A stretch of DNA of 64,000 nucleotides from a virus: the IMG/VR virus record IMGVR_UViG_3300030382_001297, positions 1 through 64,000 of that record; one strand, given 5' to 3'. The notes under the pieces were generated by a model. The model was not told the DNA's origin. It made no database searches and saw only the letters and a program-made list of their open reading frames with translations. The position numbers were made by a program, and so were the translations under genes. How positions within the stretch are numbered: the first letter of the stretch is position 1; the number at the start of each line of letters is the position of its first letter. Shown here piece after piece: positions 1 through 8,938 of the stretch.

Positions 1-2
1 AC

Positions 3-650
3 GAGATAGAGGGATGGGATAGACTTATAGATGTAAATCGCTATATCTATACAGTTCCTACTAATGTTACTGGTGGATGGGCATCTGGCACTGCTGATGT
101 TACATTTGAATCCGATGGGCAAACTGTTACAGCTACATTAGGCACGGACTATGATGGTGGCTTTTATTTTACTACGGGAGCTACTAATACCTTAGAAGCA
201 GATAGATTACGCTTTCAAATAAAGGCTAGTGGAGCAAGCAATATAGAGCTTAGTAACTTTAAGAGCTTTAATGGAGCAACGCAAGATACTGACTATGCTA
301 TTACTTATACTCCTGCCTCATTGAGCATACCTACTGGTAGTTGGTTAACTGTGGATATGCCTTTTGTTACAGGTAGTGTAACGAGCGGTTCTTCAATATA
401 TTTAGATGGAACACGTTATGCAGTAACTATAACCTCTGGGTCTAGTTTTAATTATGAAGCAGATTTCCGTGATTTTGAATTTGGGATTTCCGGAGCAGCT
501 TCAGGTAATAAAGTCTATGTGAGGGATATAAGATATTATAAATCTATACGTTGGATGGTTCAGGCTGTCCGAGACTATAACGACGACTATGTTATTTATG
601 AGTGTGTACGTATCAAAGGCAAATCTGATAAGAATAGGAGGGCACGATAA
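3..650 (+). CDS. 5'-truncated virion neck (head-closure-like) protein with a beta-rich insertion
   Basis: Frame is open from position 3 (EIEGWDRLIDVNRYIYTVPT...), so the track's TTG start at 321 is internal. Sits just before the tail-terminator-like gene. Confidence 0.5.
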   Translation, partial: EIEGWDRLIDVNRYIYTVPTNVTGGWASGTADVTFESDGQTVTATLGTDYDGGFYFTTGATNTLEADRLRFQIKASGASNIELSNFKSFNGATQDTDYAITYTPASLSIPTGSWLTVDMPFVTGSVTSGSSIYLDGTRYAVTITSGSSFNYEADFRDFEFGISGAASGNKVYVRDIRYYKSIRWMVQAVRDYNDDYVIYECVRIKGKSDKNRRAR

Positions 651-1168
651 TGGCAGAGCCCGACCACTTGAATGTTGTTGAACGAAAAATCATAGATAAT
701 CTCCGAACGGGAACATATACATCGGGAAGTGTAGGAAGCACTGCTACTGCTTGGGATAGTGGGGATGTAACGGTTTTTGGTCAATTTCCAGAAACAGAAG
801 ATGCTTTATATCCTTGTATTATATCAGAAATGACAGCTAATGGTATAGAACAACAGTTCACTGGTCAAACTATGAATACAGGAGAAATAGGAGAATTATA
901 TGGTGTTTCTTTTAAATTTCATATTGTTGTTGATAGAGATTCTACTATTACGGTTAATAGTGTAGGCTTTAAACAAAGAAGATTATTAAATTACTTGATG
1001 TTATCTACGGCTAACATTTTAATGGATTGCGATTTTAGTGGAACAGATACTGAAGTAGTTGAACGACACTATACTGGCTTTCAGGATATGGGATACAATC
1101 CTGATTTGGAAGTCTGGGCAGCTGTGTGTAGTATGATTATAGTATTCGCTAATGATAGGCCACCATAA
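650..1168 (+). CDS. Tail terminator / tail completion protein
   Basis: 172 aa with GQFPETEDALYPCII, typical of tail-completion proteins; neck/tail position; TAATG coupling. Confidence 0.55.
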   Translation: MAEPDHLNVVERKIIDNLRTGTYTSGSVGSTATAWDSGDVTVFGQFPETEDALYPCIISEMTANGIEQQFTGQTMNTGEIGELYGVSFKFHIVVDRDSTITVNSVGFKQRRLLNYLMLSTANILMDCDFSGTDTEVVERHYTGFQDMGYNPDLEVWAAVCSMIIVFANDRPP

Positions 1169-3114
1169 TGGCAGATACAGAACACCCACCAGTAAAAGCA
1201 ATTAGATTCGCAGACATTGGTGGTTTCTTTGAAGAAGCTTTTGTTCAACAAGAAGTATATAGAACTATTACTGCTGGTATATCTCCTTATCTTTCTAAAA
1301 AAAGAGGTATATCTTTAGAACCAGTCAAAGGCGGGGGAGGAGGAGATTATAAAGGAGAATATATGGCTCCTAGAGATGTGCCCTATGAGGGCTCTCAAAA
1401 TTATATGGAAGAAAATATAACTCCATTTACCCAAAGACTGTCCCAGAGTGCAAATAATAGTAGTACCGAGCCTATCAGGGATTCTGCGAAAAGAAACAGT
1501 GCATTAAAAACTGCGCTTGATACTGGAAACGTTACATTAGCTGAAGAGTTAGCACAGATGATGTCAGGTACTCATCCTACTCAACCTACACCACACGCTC
1601 CAAGTGTGGGAGAATTACACTTACAGCGTATGGGTCAAGATATTGCTGATGCTACTCCCGGTATTGGTGTTCCCGCCGACTTGGAAGATTATGAAAATAT
1701 TATCACCAAACAGCAGCCAGCGGATATAATTGCTAATTCACCAGTCAATGTAGCTTTAATTAACACATTCATTGATGTTATAAGAGAGAGTACTCATAAG
1801 GATTGGAAGAATTTTCTCGACGGCGTCCAACTGATGGATGTAACTGAATCAGCAGGTAAAAAATGGTTCGCAAATCAGATGGCAAAAGGAGGATTTGCTC
1901 GACTCAAATTAAGAAACGAGCCTGACTTTGAACTTAACCCTGATAAATTTTTAGAAGCGTCTAAGATATGGAGTGATAGATTTGAACGAGATAGTAAGGT
2001 GATAAATGACCATATACAAAAGGAGTTTAAGAGTGTTAATATGTTAATTCAGAAATTTAATAAAGGTAGAGCAACTGCAAATGACATAGAAGCGGAAATG
2101 ATTAGAGTTATTGATGCGGGTGGAAGTTCTGGTTCAGGTAAGGGAGGCCCCCAAGTGGCATCTACGGTAGCTAACCACTATCTACAGGTTTTTGCTGATG
2201 CATTTTTGATGGGAACACTGCAAGGGAAGTCTCAAATCCCCGGTTTTATGGAACAACAACCATTAGGAGATTCAGGGATAGCTGCTTTTATATTTGCTGC
2301 ACCTTATGCAGATAATACGGGTATAGGTTTTAAGTGGCATGTAGAATTTCATGATATAGGAGGTCCCGGTGTGGCTACTGATGGTGTAATAGTAGCAATG
2401 CAAGCTATCAAGAATAAGTCAATTTCAAGTTTCACAGCACAACAGTATTATACTCATACGCGTCAAACAGCCAATGACTGGTATATTCAAACAGCCTCAA
2501 GACAGGGAGCTTCAGAGGAATTTTACGCTGGATTAATAGATTCCATAGCTCAACCCCAATTAAATATAGAATTGATGCCAGATTCTGTACCCAATGGTTT
2601 CGTAGGACCCATTACTCAACTTTCAGCAGCGGACTTTGGTAAAAATTTTATGGCACAAATTAAAGAACAAGTAGAAGGAAAAACCAATGAATCAAAATTC
2701 AAAAATTATTTTAATACAATGTTATCGGTAGCTAATGATGCAACTAAGGCATGGTATGATTCAGCTGGAGTAAATGGTGGTAAATTATACGGAGGAGATA
2801 ATACTAATCTTTTCAAGGATGGTGGTATTTGGCCTGACTCAGGCAACACTTTCGATGATTTAAACAAAGGTATCGGTCATGATTTGGGTGTTTCTCCATT
2901 TTTAGTTTCAACTAAAGAATATGTTAAAATATTTGGAGGAGAGAAAAAACCATATAATATAAGTCTTAATCCTTCTAAGCGTGCAGAAATAATTGCCAAC
3001 AGCAGCTTAGACCAGCGACAGAATAGAGGGTGGACAGAAAATGCAAAAGGAACTGTGGTTCGCTTTAAAATAGATTACCGAGAGTTAGACAGAATGGTCT
3101 TAGGTAAAGGTTAG
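1168..3114 (+). CDS. Hypothetical virion-module protein (648 aa)
   Basis: Long ORF, translationally coupled, between the terminator-like gene and the tail tube genes; no motif recognised. Confidence 0.6.
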   Translation: MADTEHPPVKAIRFADIGGFFEEAFVQQEVYRTITAGISPYLSKKRGISLEPVKGGGGGDYKGEYMAPRDVPYEGSQNYMEENITPFTQRLSQSANNSSTEPIRDSAKRNSALKTALDTGNVTLAEELAQMMSGTHPTQPTPHAPSVGELHLQRMGQDIADATPGIGVPADLEDYENIITKQQPADIIANSPVNVALINTFIDVIRESTHKDWKNFLDGVQLMDVTESAGKKWFANQMAKGGFARLKLRNEPDFELNPDKFLEASKIWSDRFERDSKVINDHIQKEFKSVNMLIQKFNKGRATANDIEAEMIRVIDAGGSSGSGKGGPQVASTVANHYLQVFADAFLMGTLQGKSQIPGFMEQQPLGDSGIAAFIFAAPYADNTGIGFKWHVEFHDIGGPGVATDGVIVAMQAIKNKSISSFTAQQYYTHTRQTANDWYIQTASRQGASEEFYAGLIDSIAQPQLNIELMPDSVPNGFVGPITQLSAADFGKNFMAQIKEQVEGKTNESKFKNYFNTMLSVANDATKAWYDSAGVNGGKLYGGDNTNLFKDGGIWPDSGNTFDDLNKGIGHDLGVSPFLVSTKEYVKIFGGEKKPYNISLNPSKRAEIIANSSLDQRQNRGWTENAKGTVVRFKIDYRELDRMVLGKG

Positions 3115-3123
3115 TTATAGCAT

Positions 3124-3135
3124 AAGCTTTATATA
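3124..3135 (+). promoter_or_regulatory. Archaeal-type TATA promoter (AAGCTTTATATA) for the tail tube operon
   Basis: Near-identical motifs lie upstream of operons at ~49417, 55008, 58005, 60566 (+) and ~24932, 33466, 35029 (-). Confidence 0.7.
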
Positions 3136-3206
3136 CTGCTTCAAACTATATTAAAGTGAATGAAGTGTATTGTGTCTAGACAACAAGAAAATAAGGAGAA
3201 AAAAAT

Positions 3207-3926
3207 ATGGTATATTTCCTAGGAAGAGACGTAGATGTCTATATCTTTTGTGAAGCCCAAGCTACTACAGCTAATGGTACAATCGGGACTAGCGGAAGCG
3301 AGGCTGTGAACGGCGCAGCGACTTTAAGTCAAACGTTCGCCACAGCAATGGCTTCAGGTGGTTCTGCAAGTAACACCTTAGCAGATTTTGATAAGCAGAA
3401 TGATATAACAGGTATAGATGTAAGCACAGGAGTTATGGATGAAGATAATTCCTTTGTAGGCCAGATGCAAGCAGGAAAGGTGGAAATTAAGAAAGAAGTC
3501 ACCGTTTCGCTTACACGCAAGAAGAATAATAATTGTTGGGACGTTATATTTAACGGACCTATCAACAGCGGTTATATGGAGATAACTAGCCAAAAAGGTG
3601 GAGCACGATGGGGTCATGCCGACAACTCGTCCGCTTTAGCAGCTGGTTTAATCAATCCAAAAGATACGCGCGACATGAATAATACAGGTGGCGGTACAAA
3701 AATTGGATATGGTTATCGTGTAGCCTTAGTATTGAAGTCAGGTTCCGGGACAGACGGAACCACAGAGACAATGACAATACCCAACTGTGCATTAAATTCG
3801 TATTCTGTAACATTAGGTGCAGACGCAGTAGATGAGGAAACTCTAGAATTCGTAACTAATCAATCACCAAGATTCTCGATTGGTACCGAATATAACTACA
3901 CCCTTACGGACAAAACTGCATTTTAG
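3207..3926 (+). CDS. Major tail tube protein, paralog 1
   Basis: Upstream of chaperones and TMP; AGGAG RBS; paralogous to the next ORF (MVYFLGRDVDV; TGIDVSTGVMDED; PNC..SYSVTL.AD...EETLEF). Confidence 0.7.
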   Translation: MVYFLGRDVDVYIFCEAQATTANGTIGTSGSEAVNGAATLSQTFATAMASGGSASNTLADFDKQNDITGIDVSTGVMDEDNSFVGQMQAGKVEIKKEVTVSLTRKKNNNCWDVIFNGPINSGYMEITSQKGGARWGHADNSSALAAGLINPKDTRDMNNTGGGTKIGYGYRVALVLKSGSGTDGTTETMTIPNCALNSYSVTLGADAVDEETLEFVTNQSPRFSIGTEYNYTLTDKTAF

Positions 3927-3935
3927 AGGATAATT

Positions 3936-4499
3936 ATGGTTTATTTTTTAGGAAGAGATGTGGATGTTGGACTGGCTACCGAATCGCAAACGATTGGTAT
4001 AACAGCAGCAGCAGACGCTCTTACAATAAGTGCCGCAGCCTCCGGAACAGCAGCGGCGACGGCTTCTGGAAGCACGTCATTTGATAACGTTACAGGTGTA
4101 GATTTATCTATCGGAGCAATGGATGAGGATATTTCTTATTTTGGTGTTCGTTCACAAACGAAAGCTGAGATTAAGAAGGAAACTACAGTCACAGTAACAA
4201 AGAAGAAGACAAACGATGAGTGGGATACTGTATTCAACAAGGCTCGTTTTGGTGTATCCGGAGCTAGTCAAGAATGGTATGGTTTAGAAGAACCCACCGT
4301 ATCGCACGGATATAGACTTTATATCCAATTAAAAAGTGGAAGTGAAGTATTTACAGTACCGAACGCTTGTGTACAATCACACACTACAACAATTAACGCA
4401 GACGGAACCCAAGAGGAAACTATTGAGTTTATGTCATACGTAACGCCACGCATAGGTACAACTGATTATACAGCTGCTACCAGTGGTGCAGCACTATAA
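3936..4499 (+). CDS. Major tail tube protein, paralog 2
   Basis: First 11 aa identical to 3207..3926, with shared core motifs. Confidence 0.7.
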   Translation: MVYFLGRDVDVGLATESQTIGITAAADALTISAAASGTAAATASGSTSFDNVTGVDLSIGAMDEDISYFGVRSQTKAEIKKETTVTVTKKKTNDEWDTVFNKARFGVSGASQEWYGLEEPTVSHGYRLYIQLKSGSEVFTVPNACVQSHTTTINADGTQEETIEFMSYVTPRIGTTDYTAATSGAAL

Positions 4500-4523
4500 G
4501 GGGGGACATAGTCCCCTCCTTTT
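4500..4523 (+). terminator. GC hairpin followed by a T-tract after the tail tube genes
   Basis: GGGGAC-ATA-GTCCCC followed by CCTTTT. Confidence 0.4.
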
Positions 4524-4537
4524 AGGAGGAATTAAAA

Positions 4538-4939
4538 ATGTCTGAAGAAGAAATAGCAGAAGAAACGGTTCACGAAGAACCTGATAAAGAAATGTGGTCA
4601 ATGGATGACCTTATTGGTTTGACTGATGCAGTACAAACTGAAGAAATAGAGTATAGAAAAAAGACAGTAGTTTTTCAATTCTGTGAATTAGCAGAAAAAG
4701 AAGAGCCTAAAATGTCAAAAAATAAGTTCAAGAATGATGAGGAACAAAATGAATACTTTCAGAAAATTGGCTCAGAGCGTGTCATTAAGATGATAGAAAA
4801 AGCTAATAAAAAGAACCCTGAAGGTACTAGCCTTACAAAAGAACACTGGGAAAAACTCCCTACAACACTAAAATATACCATAGCAAACAAAGTAATAGGA
4901 TTGGAGCAAGACGCAGCCGAAAATTTTACAATCGGATGA
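4538..4939 (+). CDS. Tail assembly chaperone (G-like)
   Basis: Acidic 133 aa between tube and TMP; ends at slippery site A AAT TTT (4921-4927). Confidence 0.7.
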   Translation: MSEEEIAEETVHEEPDKEMWSMDDLIGLTDAVQTEEIEYRKKTVVFQFCELAEKEEPKMSKNKFKNDEEQNEYFQKIGSERVIKMIEKANKKNPEGTSLTKEHWEKLPTTLKYTIANKVIGLEQDAAENFTIG

Positions 4940-5241
4940 TGGATACACCTGAACCGGTGTTAATCTGGATTCCGTTAATGAAAGACCTCGGCATGAGTTG
5001 GAATGAAATAAAATGCACCCCAGCCTACGAATTACGTGGCATATTAGGGGCTCTTAATGAATATGAGGAGCTCCATTCTATGGACGGATACGAAGACTCG
5101 GATATAAGTGATATGGCAAAGAATAGGCCAAGCATTAGACAATCTTGGCATGCGTATAAAGCAAAGCAAGCGAAATATAACGAAATGATTGGAAAAGAAA
5201 ATAAAAAGGATTTTTCTTCATTGAAAGCCTTAAAAAATTAA
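4936..5241 (+). CDS. Tail assembly chaperone T-like segment (probably a -1 frameshift fusion)
   Basis: In the -1 frame of the upstream ORF and open through the slippery site (TAC AAT CGG ATG). Confidence 0.65.
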   Translation: MMDTPEPVLIWIPLMKDLGMSWNEIKCTPAYELRGILGALNEYEELHSMDGYEDSDISDMAKNRPSIRQSWHAYKAKQAKYNEMIGKENKKDFSSLKALKN

Positions 5242-5257
5242 ATCAGGCACAGATAAT

Positions 5258-8200
5258 ATGGGATTTGCAGGTCAGGTTTTTGCGGCGCGTGTAGCCGTCG
5301 GGTTAGCTGTACCTTCGCAGCAATCTTTGAATAAGGCAGGGGGTCTCATAGCACGAAGTGTTGGCGGTATTTATACCAAAATGCGTCAAAAGAAGATTGA
5401 GGCAGCAAAACAGAACTTATCAGCTACTCAGAAAGGACTTGATGAACATGCTTCTAAGGTTGAAGCATTTCAGAAAAAGACTACTGGAAAGTTATGGAAA
5501 TCATCTAACAACACCATCATGAAATTAAAGGGCTTAGCCAAAGGAGGCGAGCTGGCAATGGAAACTGGTGGTGCTATCGCTAAATTGAAAAAGGGCATGG
5601 ATTCTACCGGAGGCTCTGAAGCGTTCAGTAAACTTTTTAAAGGAATCAAAACGACAGGAAAGGCGGCTCATACCGAATTTCAACAAATGGTCGGGATGAT
5701 GGGCAATTTTAACAAGCTGAATGCTCAACAAAAAGAAGAAGTCATAGGGTTCCTTAAAGATAGGGAACTCATGCAGAAACGTGTTATTAAACAGACTGCC
5801 GAGGACGTTAAAGCTGGAAAAGCTACTGTAGAACAACTTAGAAAGGAAGCCGAAGTTTTTAAGGTATATAAAGAAGAAAGAGAGGAAATGGAAGTTCTAG
5901 CGAGGGACTACAAGATAGTAGTTGCGGCGCTAGCAAAAGAGGAAGCGGAATTAAATGATGAAGAACGGGAATTATTAAGACTTCATAAGAAACACGAAAA
6001 AGCATTTGAAGATTTAACAGTTGATACTAAAAGATATAGACTAGAATTAATGCAGCTCACAGGAACTGTAGTTAATCAACTTAAAAGAGGATTTACCGAT
6101 GCCGTAAGAGAGTCGGTAGCAGCACTAACTGCCTTCTACTATAAGCTCAATCAAAGCACGCAAGAATTAATTGAATTTGAAGCTGAATTACTCAATGCAA
6201 ATTCGGTATGGAATGAGACTAGAGAAACCTTATTTGATACATCTGACATGATTGTTCAATTTGGACAGCAATTTGGAATGGAGATGCAAAACGGTGCAAC
6301 TGGATTATACCAACTTGCTTCGGCTGGTCTTACTGCTTCTGAGTCTATGACAGTGTTACCAGAAACTTTAAAGTTATCTATGGCGGTTCAAGGAGACCAC
6401 AACACTATTGCTAAATTAACCACTCAGACTATTAAAGGTTTTGATATGGAGATGAATCAAGCAGCAGAAGTAACAGATAAGTTTGCTCATGCTATACAGA
6501 AATCTCTTATAGAGTATGAAGATTTATCAAGCGCTGTTAAGTTTGCTCTACCTTTCTTTACCGCTACAGGGCAATCTATAGACCAACTATTAGGTGCTTT
6601 ACAGGTCTTGACTAATAGAGCTTTGGAGGCTGGTATTGCAGGTCGTGGTTTAAGACAGGCTTTAGCAGAGTTTGCAGAAAATGCTGAAGATAATACAGCG
6701 GCTTTCCGCCAAATGGGTATTGAGATAACTAATGCAGATGGTTCTATGAAACAACTGACAGAGATAGCACAACTTTTTGCTCAAGCAGTAGGTGACGATG
6801 TTATCAACAATACTGAACTACTTACCACTTTAATTGATGACTTGAACGTTCGAGGTGCAACAGCATTTATACACTTAGTTCAGAATGCTGACGAGTTCAG
6901 GCAAGCAGTGGATGATACTGCCAATTCGGGTGGAGAATTAGATGAGATGGTTAGGATTCAGAACGAATCCATGAAGGCTCAGATACAAATTCTAAAGAAC
7001 AATGTACAAATGATGTTCTTTATGTCTGATGGTCAGGAATATGCGAGTGGGGCTATGAATAGGTTTCATGACGCAGTATTAAGAGGTATAGAAAGTTTAC
7101 AAAAGTTATTAGTAGTTGAAAAAGATGGAGCATATGTAATGACCGAATTTGGTGCAAATGTTCAAGAAGTAGCCATACGAGGAGTACAACTAATGACTGA
7201 CCTATTAAAACAAGCTGTTGTTATTTTGAGGCAATTCGCGGATGAAGGAGCTTTTGGTATCAGTATTCTCCATATGTATGCTATACCCTTGAAGATGGTT
7301 GCTTGGTTATTAATGACAATACCTTCAGATGTATTAAAATTGATAGTAGCGTGGCATTTATTAAATAAAGTTTTAGGCATAGGTATAATGTTATCAAATG
7401 CTGATAATATTTCCAAAGGTATAAGAATATTCTTGTTAGGTATGGAACAGAAAGAAGAACTAAAGAAAACAGCGATACAGGAAATGAGTACGTGGGCACT
7501 ATGGAAAAATACTGCGGCATCTGAGGCCGGCATTTTTGCTTCGATTAAAAGCATCTTCGTGAAGAAAAAAGAAACAACGGCAAAAGTACAAGACACAGCT
7601 GCGACACATTGGAATACCATTGCCGAGACACTCGGTACTATAGCTAAATGGGCAATGATTGCAGCCGTGTATGTAGTGATAGCCGTTTTCAGACCTCTGT
7701 ACACTGCTAAAAAGTTATATACATGGTGGACAACTTCTGAAACGGTAGCTACTAATATGGCTACTATATCAAAATGGCTTTATAGTATTGCTGCTTGGGC
7801 TGTCATTGGTGTTCTGATGCTTACCGCCCCATTGTTCGGACTCATTACTTTGGCAATCGGATTATATACTGGAACAGTCACATTAGGTACCATAGGAACT
7901 TCGTTATTGACAAATGCTTTGTGGGCAGTAACAATGGTTCCTATTGTAGCTTTGGTTGTTGCTATAGGATTAGCGATAGTTGCTGTCATTTATGGATTAT
8001 ATAAAATGAATCAGGAATTCGATGTAACAGGTAAGATATGGACATACCTTGGTGAGGTATGGGCAAGCATGGCGGATGGAATGAGGTCTGTTTGGGAAGA
8101 TGTCATTTATCCTCTTATTTATAGATTAGGTATGGAGTTTATAGCTATTATAGGTATTATTTATTTTATGATATCAAACCCGATGCTCATGTTAGAGAAG

Positions 8201-8938
8201 GCATGGAATTTCATATGGGAAAAAGGGATACAACCCGTATTAAATGGAATTAAGATGGTAGTAGATGGAATTATCTGGCTGGCTGGAGAAATAATGGAAA
8301 ATATTTTGAAACCCGCATGGGAAGGTTTTGCTAATCTCGTAAGTAGTATATTTGAGGGTATGAAGCAATGGTATAATGATTGGATAGTACCTATATGGGA
8401 AGGATTTTTGTACTATATTAATCTCATTAAGGATGCGGTAGCAGGATTAAACTTAGGAAATATCCTTAAAGCAGGACTTGACTCCGCTGTTGGGCTACTG
8501 AAAGAAGCTTGGGGTTATGTTCAAAAAATTAAAGGTAGCGAGTCGAAGAGGAAAGCAGCCAAAGATAAATCTTACTGGAAGGGAGAAGAAGGTTTGGTTC
8601 CTGATTGGACTGGTTGGGCTGGCGGAGGCTACATGAAGGCTCTTGCTGGAGGAGGTTCGTCTGGTAAACTGAATATAGTAGGTGAAAAAGGACCTGAACT
8701 CTTTATGCCTAATGTATCTGGTAGAGTTATATCAAACAAAGACTTAAATAGTGGTAGGGCTCTAGATATGTTACAGAGCGCACGTATGAGAGGCGCAGTC
8801 GGTGTACAGCAAGGACAACATATGAAAGTGGAGAGTTTAAGTGTAGGGAAATTATCGGCTAGAAATTCATCAGTGGGTATAAATGCTTTCAAGGGTGACA
8901 TAGGAATACAACCGGTTATAAACAGAGGTGGACGATGA
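5258..8938 (+). CDS. Tail tape measure protein (TP901-like core)
   Basis: 1226 aa; coiled coil, core GLYQLASAGL...AGIAGRGLRQAL, hydrophobic and Trp-periodic repeats, C-terminal VGEKGPELFMP. Confidence 0.92.
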   Translation: MGFAGQVFAARVAVGLAVPSQQSLNKAGGLIARSVGGIYTKMRQKKIEAAKQNLSATQKGLDEHASKVEAFQKKTTGKLWKSSNNTIMKLKGLAKGGELAMETGGAIAKLKKGMDSTGGSEAFSKLFKGIKTTGKAAHTEFQQMVGMMGNFNKLNAQQKEEVIGFLKDRELMQKRVIKQTAEDVKAGKATVEQLRKEAEVFKVYKEEREEMEVLARDYKIVVAALAKEEAELNDEERELLRLHKKHEKAFEDLTVDTKRYRLELMQLTGTVVNQLKRGFTDAVRESVAALTAFYYKLNQSTQELIEFEAELLNANSVWNETRETLFDTSDMIVQFGQQFGMEMQNGATGLYQLASAGLTASESMTVLPETLKLSMAVQGDHNTIAKLTTQTIKGFDMEMNQAAEVTDKFAHAIQKSLIEYEDLSSAVKFALPFFTATGQSIDQLLGALQVLTNRALEAGIAGRGLRQALAEFAENAEDNTAAFRQMGIEITNADGSMKQLTEIAQLFAQAVGDDVINNTELLTTLIDDLNVRGATAFIHLVQNADEFRQAVDDTANSGGELDEMVRIQNESMKAQIQILKNNVQMMFFMSDGQEYASGAMNRFHDAVLRGIESLQKLLVVEKDGAYVMTEFGANVQEVAIRGVQLMTDLLKQAVVILRQFADEGAFGISILHMYAIPLKMVAWLLMTIPSDVLKLIVAWHLLNKVLGIGIMLSNADNISKGIRIFLLGMEQKEELKKTAIQEMSTWALWKNTAASEAGIFASIKSIFVKKKETTAKVQDTAATHWNTIAETLGTIAKWAMIAAVYVVIAVFRPLYTAKKLYTWWTTSETVATNMATISKWLYSIAAWAVIGVLMLTAPLFGLITLAIGLYTGTVTLGTIGTSLLTNALWAVTMVPIVALVVAIGLAIVAVIYGLYKMNQEFDVTGKIWTYLGEVWASMADGMRSVWEDVIYPLIYRLGMEFIAIIGIIYFMISNPMLMLEKAWNFIWEKGIQPVLNGIKMVVDGIIWLAGEIMENILKPAWEGFANLVSSIFEGMKQWYNDWIVPIWEGFLYYINLIKDAVAGLNLGNILKAGLDSAVGLLKEAWGYVQKIKGSESKRKAAKDKSYWKGEEGLVPDWTGWAGGGYMKALAGGGSSGKLNIVGEKGPELFMPNVSGRVISNKDLNSGRALDMLQSARMRGAVGVQQGQHMKVESLSVGKLSARNSSVGINAFKGDIGIQPVINRGGR

